Source: an uncultured Lachnospiraceae bacterium
GTDB taxonomy: Bacteria; Bacillota; Clostridia; Lachnospirales; Lachnospiraceae
Direction of reading: 5' to 3'
Length of the DNA stretch: 37,325 bases
Assembly (NCBI GenBank): GCA_902782975.1
Contig: CACZPF010000185.1
Span: 1 to 37,325 of the forward strand
Shown here: piece by piece, positions 18,042-27,597 of the stretch
Numbering within the stretch: position 1 is the first letter of the stretch
Layout: the number at the start of each line of letters is the position of its first letter
Position numbers and translations under genes: made by a program
The notes under the pieces: generated by a model
The model's input: only the letters and a program-made list of their open reading frames with translations
The model's database searches: none
What the model was told of the DNA's origin: nothing

Positions 18042-19304
18042 TCAGAAACCTCCCCCTGCTTTTTCAAAGGCGCGCCGGTTAAGGCGGATCCAGGTGGTAA
18101 AAGAGGCACAGCGCATCAGCGGAAGGCGGATCTCATTTTTTTCGAGCGCTTCCCTGTAAAAGCTGGAAGCAAAGTCCACCGGCAGTCTGTTGATATACCT
18201 GCAGATATTCTCCAGAACGTCGTCCAAAGACAGATCATTTTGCGCAGACACGACGTTATCCGAAATGATCTTCCCTGTTTCCTGTGCCAGGAGCCGGGCA
18301 TTTACTTTGTCCAGGTATGCAAGAATTGTCCGGATGGCGGCCCAGGCCACATCCTGCTTTTTGGGAAGAATGCGGCATCTTCCTGCCAGGATATCCGCAA
18401 GGACGGGGATATCTCCATTTGTCCTGCACCAGGCCTCAAATTCCAGCCCTTCGGGAAGGCCGATGGAAGAACAGATATTGTTGTGAAGACTGTCTGGGAA
18501 TGCGCCGCTGCCTGAATACAGAAGGTGCATATCCCTCGAAACAAATTCCCAGGTTCTGGGGGAAGGATAGGCAAGCTCTCCCTTTTTCAGATCTCTGGTA
18601 TTCCGGAGAAGTTTTTCCGGATGGTCGGCAAGATAACCTGTGACAAGGGGATGTACGCCCGTTTTTTTTGCCCATTCCTGCCACGAGACGATATCTGCCG
18701 TAATATTATAATGTTTGAATCGATTGGCAAGGGGCAGGGGCATCTCGTAAGAGACTCCCTTATCATTCAGCCGGTTTCCGGCCCCCATGATCAACAGATT
18801 AGACGGGAATGTCACGGTGCCGATGGCACGGTCGTAAACGATCTGGTAAGCCGCCGCCTGCACCTGCCGCGGAGCGGACGAAAGTTCGTCCAGAAACAGG
18901 ATGTTGATTACATCCTCACTGTCGTCGAACAGAAATTCTTCCGGGGGAAGCCATTCTGTGATATGCCTTTCCCTGTCCGGAAAGGGTACCCCCATAAAAT
19001 CGGTAAGCGCCCGCAGCATGACCCGGATGTCCCTTAGGATCACGGTTTTTCCCGTTTTCAGAGCCAGTTCCTGCCGGATCTGCTGAAGGGCGGCCGATTT
19101 TCCTACACCGGCAGGTCCCCAGAGGAACCGGGGATCCACTGTATTCATCAAAGCTCCTGTGCGGATCACGGCTTCGCAGTACTCCACGGTTTCTTTAACA
19201 AACGCCCCTACACTAACCGAAGGGATATTCAGTTCCAGAACATCGACCATTTCAGCCATAGACAGTTTTCTCCTTATCAGATTTCTCTTTTTATCAGATT
19301 TCAC
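18042..19304 (-). CDS. MoxR-type AAA+ ATPase
   Basis: Walker A WGPAGVGKS, Walker B LFLDEL, sensor AGN, Arg finger LANRF, PSPRTWE. Start uncertain (GTG 19304 or ATG 19259). Confidence 0.88.
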   Translation of the reverse strand: MKSDKKRNLIRRKLSMAEMVDVLELNIPSVSVGAFVKETVEYCEAVIRTGALMNTVDPRFLWGPAGVGKSAALQQIRQELALKTGKTVILRDIRVMLRALTDFMGVPFPDRERHITEWLPPEEFLFDDSEDVINILFLDELSSAPRQVQAAAYQIVYDRAIGTVTFPSNLLIMGAGNRLNDKGVSYEMPLPLANRFKHYNITADIVSWQEWAKKTGVHPLVTGYLADHPEKLLRNTRDLKKGELAYPSPRTWEFVSRDMHLLYSGSGAFPDSLHNNICSSIGLPEGLEFEAWCRTNGDIPVLADILAGRCRILPKKQDVAWAAIRTILAYLDKVNARLLAQETGKIISDNVVSAQNDLSLDDVLENICRYINRLPVDFASSFYREALEKNEIRLPLMRCASFTTWIRLNRRAFEKAGGGF

Positions 19305-19350
19305 TTCTTATCAGATTTCACTCTGTCAGATTTCACTTCTTACTGGTTTC
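19274..19350. repeat. 16-17-bp tandem repeat (4+ copies) at the helicase/AAA junction
   Basis: ttatcagatttctcttt / ttatcagatttcacttc / ttatcagatttcactc / tgtcagatttcacttc / ttactggtttc. Confidence 0.85.
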
Positions 19351-22300
19351 CCGTAATCTGTTCGTCCAGTGCATCCAGCTCTTTCTGCAGCTGGACGATG
19401 CGGGATTCATAGATGTTTCCTTTATCCAGTTCTTCTCTTGCCTGTTTCATCTGATCTTCCAGTACGCGGCAGGCGGTTTCTGTCTGCTCTGCTCTGGATG
19501 AGAGTCCCTCCAGCACATGGTCAAGACGCATGCAGCAGCCAAGAGGCCTGTCTGTCTTCATTCCTGCCCGGAAGGTTCCGCCCTCCGGACATCTGAGCAG
19601 AACATAAGGATGCTCTGCCTCCATGTTGTCCGGCAGTACCACGTCAAATCCCTGATACCAGTCAAAAACCTGTTCCCGCGATGTACCGGCATTCCCGGAA
19701 AGCGCCAGGAGCAGTTCTTTTCCGAAGGTCTCCCGCTCCTCCTGGGGAACGGTCTGTTTATTCTTCTGATAAAATGCGTCCGCCTTTTTCAGAACGGTCA
19801 GGAGATGCCTCTTCTTTTCCAGTTCTATCGGTGTTTCCAGCAGAAGGTTCTCGAACCGGTCCAGCTCCTTCTGTTTCTCGCGGCGGGCCATATTAGTGCG
19901 TTCCAGAAGATTGGCAGTTTCCACCCTCTTTTTGACCAGAGGATTGCCGATGGTCAGCGCTTTGATCTCGCTGTAGGTCAGGACCGTATCTGACACATCC
20001 CGTTCCTTCCGGTGGTGAATACTTAATGTCCCGTCCAGAAAGGAATCGATAAAACGCTGCTTATTCTCCAGGATCTGCCAGAGATAAGCGTCAAAGGATT
20101 TCTCCGTGCAGTAGCAGAATTCATACACACGTCTGTTCCGGTTGCCCTGGCGGAGCATCCGGCCTCTTCTCTGGCGAATGTCGGATGGCTTCCAGCATAC
20201 ATCCAGATGATGAACAGCAATGCATCTTTTCTGTACATTCACACCTGTTCCCAGCTTGCCTGTCGAGCCGAGGAGCACCCGGATCTCTCCGTCATTAAAG
20301 GCTTTAAACAGCTTGTCCCGCCGGGCTTCTGTCGCTGCTTCGTGGATATAGGCGATCTCCCTTTCCGGAATCCCGAGCCGCATCAGATGGAATTTCATCT
20401 CGTCATAGATGTTAAACGTGTCCTTGGGCGTGCCGAAATCGCAGAAGATCAGCTGGGTCGTCCCGGGATATTCCCTGTAAAGATCGTATACCTTTCCGGC
20501 ACATACCATGGGCTTACATTCCAGCGTCATGTACTGCGCCTCCGGCATCACAAGTCCCGGATGCGTGCTGCACATACGGCCTTCCATGGTCAGCTTAAGG
20601 CCATTGTCTTCCTTGCTGGAAACCTCACCCAGATGAATGGCTTCGTTCCTCCGGCGCATTTCATCAAAGAATTCTTTCTGGATCTGAAGACGTGGAACGA
20701 TCACCGACTCCCGCCTGCCAAAATCCGGAAGGTCCATGTCCTTTATATCGCCACGGCTGAACTCGCACACATTGGAGAACAGCGCCATCAGCTCCGGCAG
20801 ATTGTGAAACTGGCTGAAGCGGGTCTTAAACCGCCCGTCGATCATCATGTCCACTTCAAAATTTGTATTCTGGTCGCAGAAGGTATTGACCCATTCCGCA
20901 AAGCCGGATATCCTGAGCATTTCCATCTCCTCCGGCTGGAGGTATTTCATCATCACGTAAAGGTCCGCCAGAGAATTCGTGATAGGCGTCGCTGTCGCAA
21001 AGATCACACGGCCGCCCTTTTTCTCGATAAAATGAGCCTTTTCCATCAGTTCGTCCGATTTTTTGCTGCCCTTCCTTGCACAGCCGGAAACGCCGCCCAG
21101 ACGATAGGGCAGGGTGATGTAGCGGTAATTATGTGCCTCGTCCACCACCAGACAGTCAAATCCAAGGGATTCAAAGCAGGCTGTTTCTGTCTCTTTTAAG
21201 GTCTCCAGCAGTTTTTTATATTCTTTCTGGAGTCTTGCGAGAGCACTTTTCATCCTTCCGGCAGTCGAGGGCAGCCGGGCCGCCTTAAGTGCCGCACCGG
21301 CCTGATGGATTTCTTTCAACTTGCGGCTGAGGTAGTAATCTCTTGACATGGTCAGCATATCGAAGGTGCTGTGAGCCATAAAAACGATCCGGGTTTCGGC
21401 TTTACAGATTTTACGCAGGGTCTCCTTACGTACCGCAGGGCGGAAGGTTTCCGGTGTGACAGCCAGGACCTCTTCTTCGGGATACATCAGATGCCAGACA
21501 GATAAAGATTCCGACAGTACCTGCCCCGGGACGGTAATTAATGCCTTCTTTACCGCGCCGATCCGCAGCAGCTCATGGACGCCGGCTGTATATTCAAAGG
21601 TTTTACCTTCGCCGACATCCCCGGCCAGCAGCACATTCTGCCCGGAAGCCTTGATCCGTTCCACCGGTCCTTTCTGATGCTCCTGGAGCTTCACCTCCGG
21701 GTTCAGGTCCGGAAGATCCTGATGGGAACCGTCATATCGGCAGATCGCATAACCGTAAGTGTCACAGTATACTTCGTAAAGGCGTTCCTGGATCTTCGGA
21801 TGGGCGGCGACCCACTCGCGGAAGGCTTTGATCTGGTCTTTCTGCTTTTCACGGGCCAGGAGGGTCTCCCCCTCATTCAGGACATATACCGTCTTCGTGC
21901 CGGAGACGGCCTGGCTTTTTCCCGCTGAACTGTATTCCGGTTTGTCCACCGGATCCCGCACTTCAATTTCCGTACCGTTTATCGTATGTTCAAAGATCTT
22001 GACACCACTGATCCTTGGGGTCCCATAACGGCTGGTATTATTAAAATCATCCAGGATGAGTCCCCCTCTGATGCTGCACTTCCTGTGCAGCTGGTCAAAT
22101 TCGATCTGGGGTTCCGTCACCATGTTCAGAAGATCCCGTATGAATATTTTAAGATAATAATGCGGGATCCAGGAAGCAGCCGGCGAAAAATCGATCTCGT
22201 CCATATCCGGTCTTGCCGGCAGGAGTTCTGTCAGAAGATCGATATTCTCATGGAAACGTCCGTTTTCTCCAAAGCGCGCTTTCAGATCCGCAAGCTTTTT

Positions 22301-22606
22301 GCGGATATTTCCGCGTCCCATCTGCTGACGGGTGAGAAGGTCTCCAGTATCCGGGTCTTCCCAGTAGAGCTTTCCGCGTAATTCACGGTCCAGCTGAAGC
22401 GGTGTAAGGCCCGATGTTTCTTCCATATAGGCAAGATCCACCCTGCCCAGCTGGTTGACAGACATATAAAAAGCATCCTTGGCACTGATCTTCTTTCTCC
22501 CGGGATCTTCTGCCTGCCCCGGGGCCAGCTCTTCATCCGCAAGGCCGATGACCAGATCATCCATATCAAGCGGAATCGGTTTAAAATTCTGCAAAGCTGC
22601 GATCAT
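19340..22606 (-). CDS. SF2 (SNF2-related) helicase resembling the C-terminal half of DarB-like/ICE methylase-helicases; no methyltransferase domain
   Basis: GRVDLAYM, ASWIP, YGTPRI, motif I AGDVGEGKT, II VVDEAH, III ATATP, F.NLPEL, QLIFCD.GTP, GTGVNVQ, VI QRRGRMLRQGN; GAGGAG RBS. Confidence 0.85.
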   Translation of the reverse strand: MIAALQNFKPIPLDMDDLVIGLADEELAPGQAEDPGRKKISAKDAFYMSVNQLGRVDLAYMEETSGLTPLQLDRELRGKLYWEDPDTGDLLTRQQMGRGNIRKKLADLKARFGENGRFHENIDLLTELLPARPDMDEIDFSPAASWIPHYYLKIFIRDLLNMVTEPQIEFDQLHRKCSIRGGLILDDFNNTSRYGTPRISGVKIFEHTINGTEIEVRDPVDKPEYSSAGKSQAVSGTKTVYVLNEGETLLAREKQKDQIKAFREWVAAHPKIQERLYEVYCDTYGYAICRYDGSHQDLPDLNPEVKLQEHQKGPVERIKASGQNVLLAGDVGEGKTFEYTAGVHELLRIGAVKKALITVPGQVLSESLSVWHLMYPEEEVLAVTPETFRPAVRKETLRKICKAETRIVFMAHSTFDMLTMSRDYYLSRKLKEIHQAGAALKAARLPSTAGRMKSALARLQKEYKKLLETLKETETACFESLGFDCLVVDEAHNYRYITLPYRLGGVSGCARKGSKKSDELMEKAHFIEKKGGRVIFATATPITNSLADLYVMMKYLQPEEMEMLRISGFAEWVNTFCDQNTNFEVDMMIDGRFKTRFSQFHNLPELMALFSNVCEFSRGDIKDMDLPDFGRRESVIVPRLQIQKEFFDEMRRRNEAIHLGEVSSKEDNGLKLTMEGRMCSTHPGLVMPEAQYMTLECKPMVCAGKVYDLYREYPGTTQLIFCDFGTPKDTFNIYDEMKFHLMRLGIPEREIAYIHEAATEARRDKLFKAFNDGEIRVLLGSTGKLGTGVNVQKRCIAVHHLDVCWKPSDIRQRRGRMLRQGNRNRRVYEFCYCTEKSFDAYLWQILENKQRFIDSFLDGTLSIHHRKERDVSDTVLTYSEIKALTIGNPLVKKRVETANLLERTNMARREKQKELDRFENLLLETPIELEKKRHLLTVLKKADAFYQKNKQTVPQEERETFGKELLLALSGNAGTSREQVFDWYQGFDVVLPDNMEAEHPYVLLRCPEGGTFRAGMKTDRPLGCCMRLDHVLEGLSSRAEQTETACRVLEDQMKQAREELDKGNIYESRIVQLQKELDALDEQITGNQ

Positions 22607-22657
22607 CTATTCACTCCTCTGTTTCTTAAGAATAATCTGAGATACTTCTGCTGTTCA

Positions 22658-23053
22658 TCAGGTTTTCCCCTTCAGCTTTCCCCTGTCAAACAGGAGCGTT
22701 CCAAGCAGGACAAACAGAATGATCTCGATGCTTTCAAATACAAAGCTTAACTGGATAAATGTAAGGAAGGCATTGATTCCTGCTTCTCCGAATATGTAAT
22801 CAGATACCAGAAACCCTGCCCGGATGTTTACCGGGACCATGACGATGGAGGTCATCACGAGGATCCACAGGCCGGCTCTTTTCCGGCAGACCGGAAGCAG
22901 GCCTGCCAGCACAAAGATCATTACTACAGCCAGGATCGTCCACCAGAGAGATCCTTTGACTGCCGCCGTCAATGAGATGGAGAACGGTATTCCGATCTGC
23001 GTCCCCATGATCAGCTTCTGGTATTTCATTTTTCTTCTGTCATTTTCTGCCAT
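22658..23053 (-). CDS. Small hypothetical membrane protein, about 4 TM
   Basis: AGGAGGAGG RBS; four hydrophobic segments; co-directional within the cluster. Confidence 0.75.
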   Translation of the reverse strand: MAENDRRKMKYQKLIMGTQIGIPFSISLTAAVKGSLWWTILAVVMIFVLAGLLPVCRKRAGLWILVMTSIVMVPVNIRAGFLVSDYIFGEAGINAFLTFIQLSFVFESIEIILFVLLGTLLFDRGKLKGKT

Positions 23054-23086
23054 TTTCAGTCCTCCTCCTGTGACCGCAGGGACGCC

Positions 23087-24067
23087 TTATATTGCAAACC
23101 ATCCTAAAAGCATGGATGCCAGGAAGATCGGGTATGCAAGCTGAAAAACTGTCACAATATAACAGGCGGCAATGGCCATACGGCCTGAAATGCCCTGTTT
23201 TTTCAGCCTGTTTTTCCTGCGCCTGCTGAATACGATGCTTTTTGCCTTCTCGACAAGATCCGGGATTCCAAGCACCTGTTCCAGAATCCTGCAGCCATCC
23301 AGCCCTTCGATCAAAGAAGCATTCACTATGCCAAGGACGATATTGATGATCGCGATCATCAAACAGACAAACATATAATATGGAAATGCAACCCCCAGGA
23401 TCAGAAACAGGCCGCCCAGCAGCAGGTTCATTTCGATGCCTGCCGCATAGATCTGAGCCTTTTTAAGGGGCGAACGGATGTGTTTATCGTCGGTCAGAAC
23501 ATAGGCGCCCGGCATGACAATCTTCCACATAAAACCGAACTCGAGCACATGACCGCCATATGCGAGCGCGGCACATCCGTGCGCCAGTTCATGAAGAGGC
23601 ATGCCGATGGCCAGCGCGATCAGATATTCAAACAGCCAGAACATCTCCAGGGTCGATACATGCCAGACGGCATACCGGTGCCAGCACCAGATCCCGCCGA
23701 TGAGGACCGGCAGAAACGAGATCATCAGAATCTGGTTCAACACCGCTGCCACAGCCCTGGCTCCCTTTCTGAAACGAGGACGGACCAGCGTGACCAGAAA
23801 AGACAGGAAGCCGATCCCCATAAAACGTTCCCCATAGGTCACCATCTCATTTTCGGAAAACCAGTCCATCAGTTCCTTTGTGGTTTTTCTTCCCAGTTTC
23901 GGATAGATTTTCATGGGATCGGTTTTTCCATCCAGCCTTTTCAGAAACCTCGCAGCCTCTGCGGGAACGACCTCCTCTGTCTCCAGCACGGCATCTCTTA
24001 TGAGGACCTGCCCTTCCCCCGCAGATGTAAAGATCAGATAGTTGCTCATTACAGGGTATTTTGTCAT
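23087..24067 (-). CDS. M50 (site-2 protease)-like intramembrane zinc metalloprotease with soluble N-terminal (PqqD/RRE-like) domain
   Basis: LHELAH in a TM segment, FGF....PGAYV, AAG..MN, N......LDG; N-terminal FLKRLDGKT; start ATG 24067 behind GGAAGGTG. Confidence 0.8.
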   Translation of the reverse strand: MTKYPVMSNYLIFTSAGEGQVLIRDAVLETEEVVPAEAARFLKRLDGKTDPMKIYPKLGRKTTKELMDWFSENEMVTYGERFMGIGFLSFLVTLVRPRFRKGARAVAAVLNQILMISFLPVLIGGIWCWHRYAVWHVSTLEMFWLFEYLIALAIGMPLHELAHGCAALAYGGHVLEFGFMWKIVMPGAYVLTDDKHIRSPLKKAQIYAAGIEMNLLLGGLFLILGVAFPYYMFVCLMIAIINIVLGIVNASLIEGLDGCRILEQVLGIPDLVEKAKSIVFSRRRKNRLKKQGISGRMAIAACYIVTVFQLAYPIFLASMLLGWFAI

Positions 24068-24177
24068 ATGATCCCACCTTCCGCTAAATGTGCCCATACA
24101 AAAAACGTAGTTACTTATCAATAAAGGAAGTTTTTTTTATTATGTACAGCGACCGGCTGGCCTCCCTGTTGACGCGC

Positions 24178-25761
24178 CTACAGAACCAGGAGCAGTCCTT
24201 CGACCACATTTTTCTGGATCTCAAATTCATTTTCGTCCAGAAGCGCTTTGGTCTGCATGACTGCCGTTACCTCTGTCTGTCCGGTCAGTTCCCGCCCTCT
24301 GACCAGCAGTGTTCCGTCCTCTTCCAGGGCAAGGCTGATGGTAAGAGGACTTCCCTTGGGAAGATCTCCGCAGATCTTCAGCCTGCAGTTCCCGACCTGC
24401 ACACAATCCGCGACTTCTGCAAAAGGATCATCCAGCCGGGATTCATAAACATCGATCGCCACTTCTTTCTGATTGACGTACCGGGTATAGAAGATGTCTT
24501 CTTTTTCCGGAATGGGGAGGGTCTCGTTCCGGTACAGGATGTTGCAGACCTTGCGCTCTTCGTCCACGTAAGCCGCCACACCATAGGTCCGGCTGCTGAC
24601 ACGGATCAGCTTCCTGGTTTCTTCTTCAAAATCCCGGATAAGCTTCCGGCTGTTGTTAAGGACCAGATCCTTTGCATACATGGCGGCTCCTTTTGCCACC
24701 GCCGTATCCAGGTCTCTCGCGATCACGCGGATCCCCGGAAAGCATCCTTCGATCATCCGCATGATCTGGGGCATTCTTGTGCTCCCGCCGGCCAGGATCA
24801 CGCTGTTCAGCCCGGGTATACCTCTGGCTTTCATCGTTTCGTCGACGCGGTTGACGATGTCTCTCAGCTTCAGAAGCCATTCCAGAGTACATGCTTCAAA
24901 TTCATCTCTTGTGACAGTCACCTTTTCTCTCCCGGAAAGGGTGTTTACCGTAAACCAGGTTTCTTCTTTTTCAGAAAGCTTCTTCTTGGCTTCTTCGGCA
25001 TTTATGGCAAGCTCGCCTTCCCCTTCTTTGTCCAGGATCTTTCCGCAAAGCTTGTCTCTCTTTATGAACTCGACAAAGCTTCTGTCCCAGTCGCTTCCTC
25101 CAAGCCTGGTGTCTCCGTCGATCAGCTTTTCCTCGATGGTGTTTTCTGTCACATGGACGACCACCAGATCCGAGGTTCCGCCTCCTACATCCACGACCAG
25201 ATTGTAGCCCTGGAGAGCGTCCAGAGAATCTGCGTTGTAGACAACAGCTACCGGCTCGTCGAGGATATCCCGGACATTGTAACCGGCCATGCGTCCGGCT
25301 TCCTCGGTTGCCTTTCGCTGGTTGCTGTCGAAATAGGCAGGTACCGTGATCACCGCATCCAGGACTTCCTCTCTAAGCTCTTCCTCGGCGTCCTTTTTCA
25401 GTCTGCCAAGGACGAGAGCTGTCATCTGCTGGGGAGAATAGTCTATGTGATCGACCGTAAGGGAAACCTTCTGATGCCCGATCTCCCTTTTGTACAGCGC
25501 TTTTGTTCTGTCCGGATACAGAAGTGCCTCTCCTTTCGCAGTCCTGCCGATATCGATCTCTGCGTCCGGACGGATGCAGACCACGGAAGGGGTCGTTTCA
25601 AACCCGTCCTCGTTGCGGATACATTCTCCTCTTTTGGTAATGTTATCCGGGTAGGCGATCAGGCAGTTCGTAGTGCCTGCGTCGATCCCGACGATCCTGG
25701 GAAAAAACCTGTCGGCTCTGTTATCCGTGTAACCCTTGTTTTTCTTATTCGTACCACCCAT
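24178..25761 (-). CDS. Divergent Hsp70-family protein C (527 aa, no lid)
   Basis: VGIDAGTTN, TPSVV, VITVPAYF, DEP, DVGGGTSD, LGGSDWD, LAGGSTRMP, AVAKGAA, followed by an SBD-beta-like region. Confidence 0.92.
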   Translation of the reverse strand: MGGTNKKNKGYTDNRADRFFPRIVGIDAGTTNCLIAYPDNITKRGECIRNEDGFETTPSVVCIRPDAEIDIGRTAKGEALLYPDRTKALYKREIGHQKVSLTVDHIDYSPQQMTALVLGRLKKDAEEELREEVLDAVITVPAYFDSNQRKATEEAGRMAGYNVRDILDEPVAVVYNADSLDALQGYNLVVDVGGGTSDLVVVHVTENTIEEKLIDGDTRLGGSDWDRSFVEFIKRDKLCGKILDKEGEGELAINAEEAKKKLSEKEETWFTVNTLSGREKVTVTRDEFEACTLEWLLKLRDIVNRVDETMKARGIPGLNSVILAGGSTRMPQIMRMIEGCFPGIRVIARDLDTAVAKGAAMYAKDLVLNNSRKLIRDFEEETRKLIRVSSRTYGVAAYVDEERKVCNILYRNETLPIPEKEDIFYTRYVNQKEVAIDVYESRLDDPFAEVADCVQVGNCRLKICGDLPKGSPLTISLALEEDGTLLVRGRELTGQTEVTAVMQTKALLDENEFEIQKNVVEGLLLVL

Positions 25762-25800
25762 GTATCCGATCCTCTCTTCTCTTTATAAGCAGTCTCGTGG

Positions 25801-25833
25801 AAAATAAAAGCATACCGCTCCTACGGTATGCTT
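25801..25833 (-). terminator. Hairpin with U-tract in front of Hsp70-C (terminator, attenuator or operator)
   Basis: AAGCATACCG-N6-CGGTATGCTT (25808-25833), followed on the minus strand by TTATTTT. Confidence 0.6.
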
Positions 25834-25927
25834 CTATTGTATCAGGCTGTACTTAAATGGCAGGTCCGCATCACGGAAAACGAGATCCGATTTTGAAATG
25901 CGGTTTTTATAGATTTACAATTATATT

Positions 25928-27574
25928 TTAAAATTCGACTTCCTCATTGCCAAGCAGGGCCCTGGAGTGAAGGGTCATTTCGATCCTGGTATTTCCGGTG
26001 GGTTCGGTCCCGTAAACATAGAGGGTACCGTCCTCCTGCAGCCGGAAGGATACCTCTATGACTGCTCCTTTTGGCAGCTGCTGACTGATGGGAAGAACAC
26101 ACTCCCCGATCAGAAGGGTTTCGTCCTGCTCCAGGTAATGTTCGTCCGAAAAATTTTCATATACCCGGAGAGCCACTCTTTTCATATTGTCTTCGGAAAG
26201 GCCGAACCTGGTTCCCAGTTTTTCCGCCGGGAGCGGTTCCCCCCGGAAGATCAGGTTATAGATCTTCTGCGTGCTGCCGCCGGCATCTTCCACGGTAACA
26301 CCCAGGCCATAACTTCTGGAGCTGATGCGCTGCACCGGTCTGACGACAGAGCGCACCTTTTCGATTTCTTCGTGCTGAATGGTCTCTTTAAATTTCTGCC
26401 AGCGCTCTTCATCTTCCAGGATAATAAACGGATCCCCGGTTCCGGCTTTTCCAGCTTCTATTTCCTTCCTGGCAATTTCTGCTGCCTTCATCCTGGCGTA
26501 AGAGGCGGCCCCGCAGGCAACTGCTTCGTCCACATTTCGCCGGATGATATCCGGATCCTCAAGATCAGGCCAGATCTCCCGGATCAGTTCACGGATCTGG
26601 AGCATCCGGGTAGCACCGCCCACCAGAATGATCTTGTCGATCTTTTCGATCCCCTTTTTCTCCAGATTGTCTTTGACTCTCCGGATAACAGTCTCTGTTT
26701 TATCGCGCAGGAAGCGGGTACAGCGGTCAAATTCCTCTCTCGTGATCCGGACTTCCACCGGACCGTCCATACTGCGCACGACAAAACGGGCATTGTTTTT
26801 CTTCTCATTCGACAGGACTTTTTTGGCAAATTCCACATCCAGGCAGAGCTGCTGCTCGTCGTCCACCCGCAGGCTTCTTCCGGATAGAAAAGTCTCCCGC
26901 ACGTATTTTGTGAGCGCATCATCCCAGTCGCTGCCACCCAGTCCGATGTCCCCGTCGATCTCCAGCTCCTGGATGCAGTCCTGCGTCACTCTTGCCGCGA
27001 TCAGGTCCAGCGTGCCTCCTCCCAGATCAATGACCAGTACTACTTTGTCGGTAAGATCGGACAGGGTCGTACAGTGGACCAGGGCCGCAATGGGTTCGTC
27101 CAGGATATCTATGACATTGAGGCCGGCCAGCTTCCCTGCTTCCAGCGTCGCTTTTCTCTGAAGATCTCCAAAATAAGCAGGCACGGTGATCACAACGTTC
27201 CTGATCTTCCGGTCCAGGGCCGATTCTGCATTTTCCACCGCTCTCTCCAGCATAAAAGCCGAAAGCTCCTGTGGCGAAAAGGTCCTGTTCTCCAGGGTGA
27301 TCGCCTCGGTCGTCCTGCCCATCAGCCTCTTAAAGCGGGTCGCCGTCCTGTCCGGATGCAGGATCGCTATCTCCTTTGCCACTTTTCCCACTACATGGCT
27401 CCATCCGTCCTCATCTTCCTGGGATCTTTCGAAAAAAACCGCACTGGGCGTAAGGTTTGTCCCTTCAAAATCCGGGCAGCACGCACCATCTCTGGCCACT
27501 TCGTCGTAATAGCTTACCACTGTATTCGTCGTCCCAAGGTCGATCCCGATGACTTCACATATAAATCGTTCCAT
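25928..27574 (-). CDS. Divergent Hsp70-family protein B (548 aa, no lid)
   Basis: IGIDLGTTN, TPSAV, FKRLMG, VITVPAYF, DLGGGTLD, LGGSDWD, LVGGATRM, AVACGAA. Confidence 0.92.
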   Translation of the reverse strand: MERFICEVIGIDLGTTNTVVSYYDEVARDGACCPDFEGTNLTPSAVFFERSQEDEDGWSHVVGKVAKEIAILHPDRTATRFKRLMGRTTEAITLENRTFSPQELSAFMLERAVENAESALDRKIRNVVITVPAYFGDLQRKATLEAGKLAGLNVIDILDEPIAALVHCTTLSDLTDKVVLVIDLGGGTLDLIAARVTQDCIQELEIDGDIGLGGSDWDDALTKYVRETFLSGRSLRVDDEQQLCLDVEFAKKVLSNEKKNNARFVVRSMDGPVEVRITREEFDRCTRFLRDKTETVIRRVKDNLEKKGIEKIDKIILVGGATRMLQIRELIREIWPDLEDPDIIRRNVDEAVACGAASYARMKAAEIARKEIEAGKAGTGDPFIILEDEERWQKFKETIQHEEIEKVRSVVRPVQRISSRSYGLGVTVEDAGGSTQKIYNLIFRGEPLPAEKLGTRFGLSEDNMKRVALRVYENFSDEHYLEQDETLLIGECVLPISQQLPKGAVIEVSFRLQEDGTLYVYGTEPTGNTRIEMTLHSRALLGNEEVEF

Positions 27575-27597
27575 ACTGTCACCTGCCCTTCCCGCCT

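Noticed and set aside
19274-19350. Possible mini-CRISPR array (also 10077-10131 and 11043-11125)
   Set aside because: Repeats are contiguous, 12-17 bp, without unique spacers; no cas genes in the window.
24088-25788. 566-aa plus-strand ORF antisense to Hsp70-C (and similar ORFs opposite Hsp70-A/B)
   Set aside because: Long antisense frames opposite hsp70/dnaK genes are a well-known codon-pattern artefact, often mis-annotated as NAD-glutamate dehydrogenase; no motifs or RBS.
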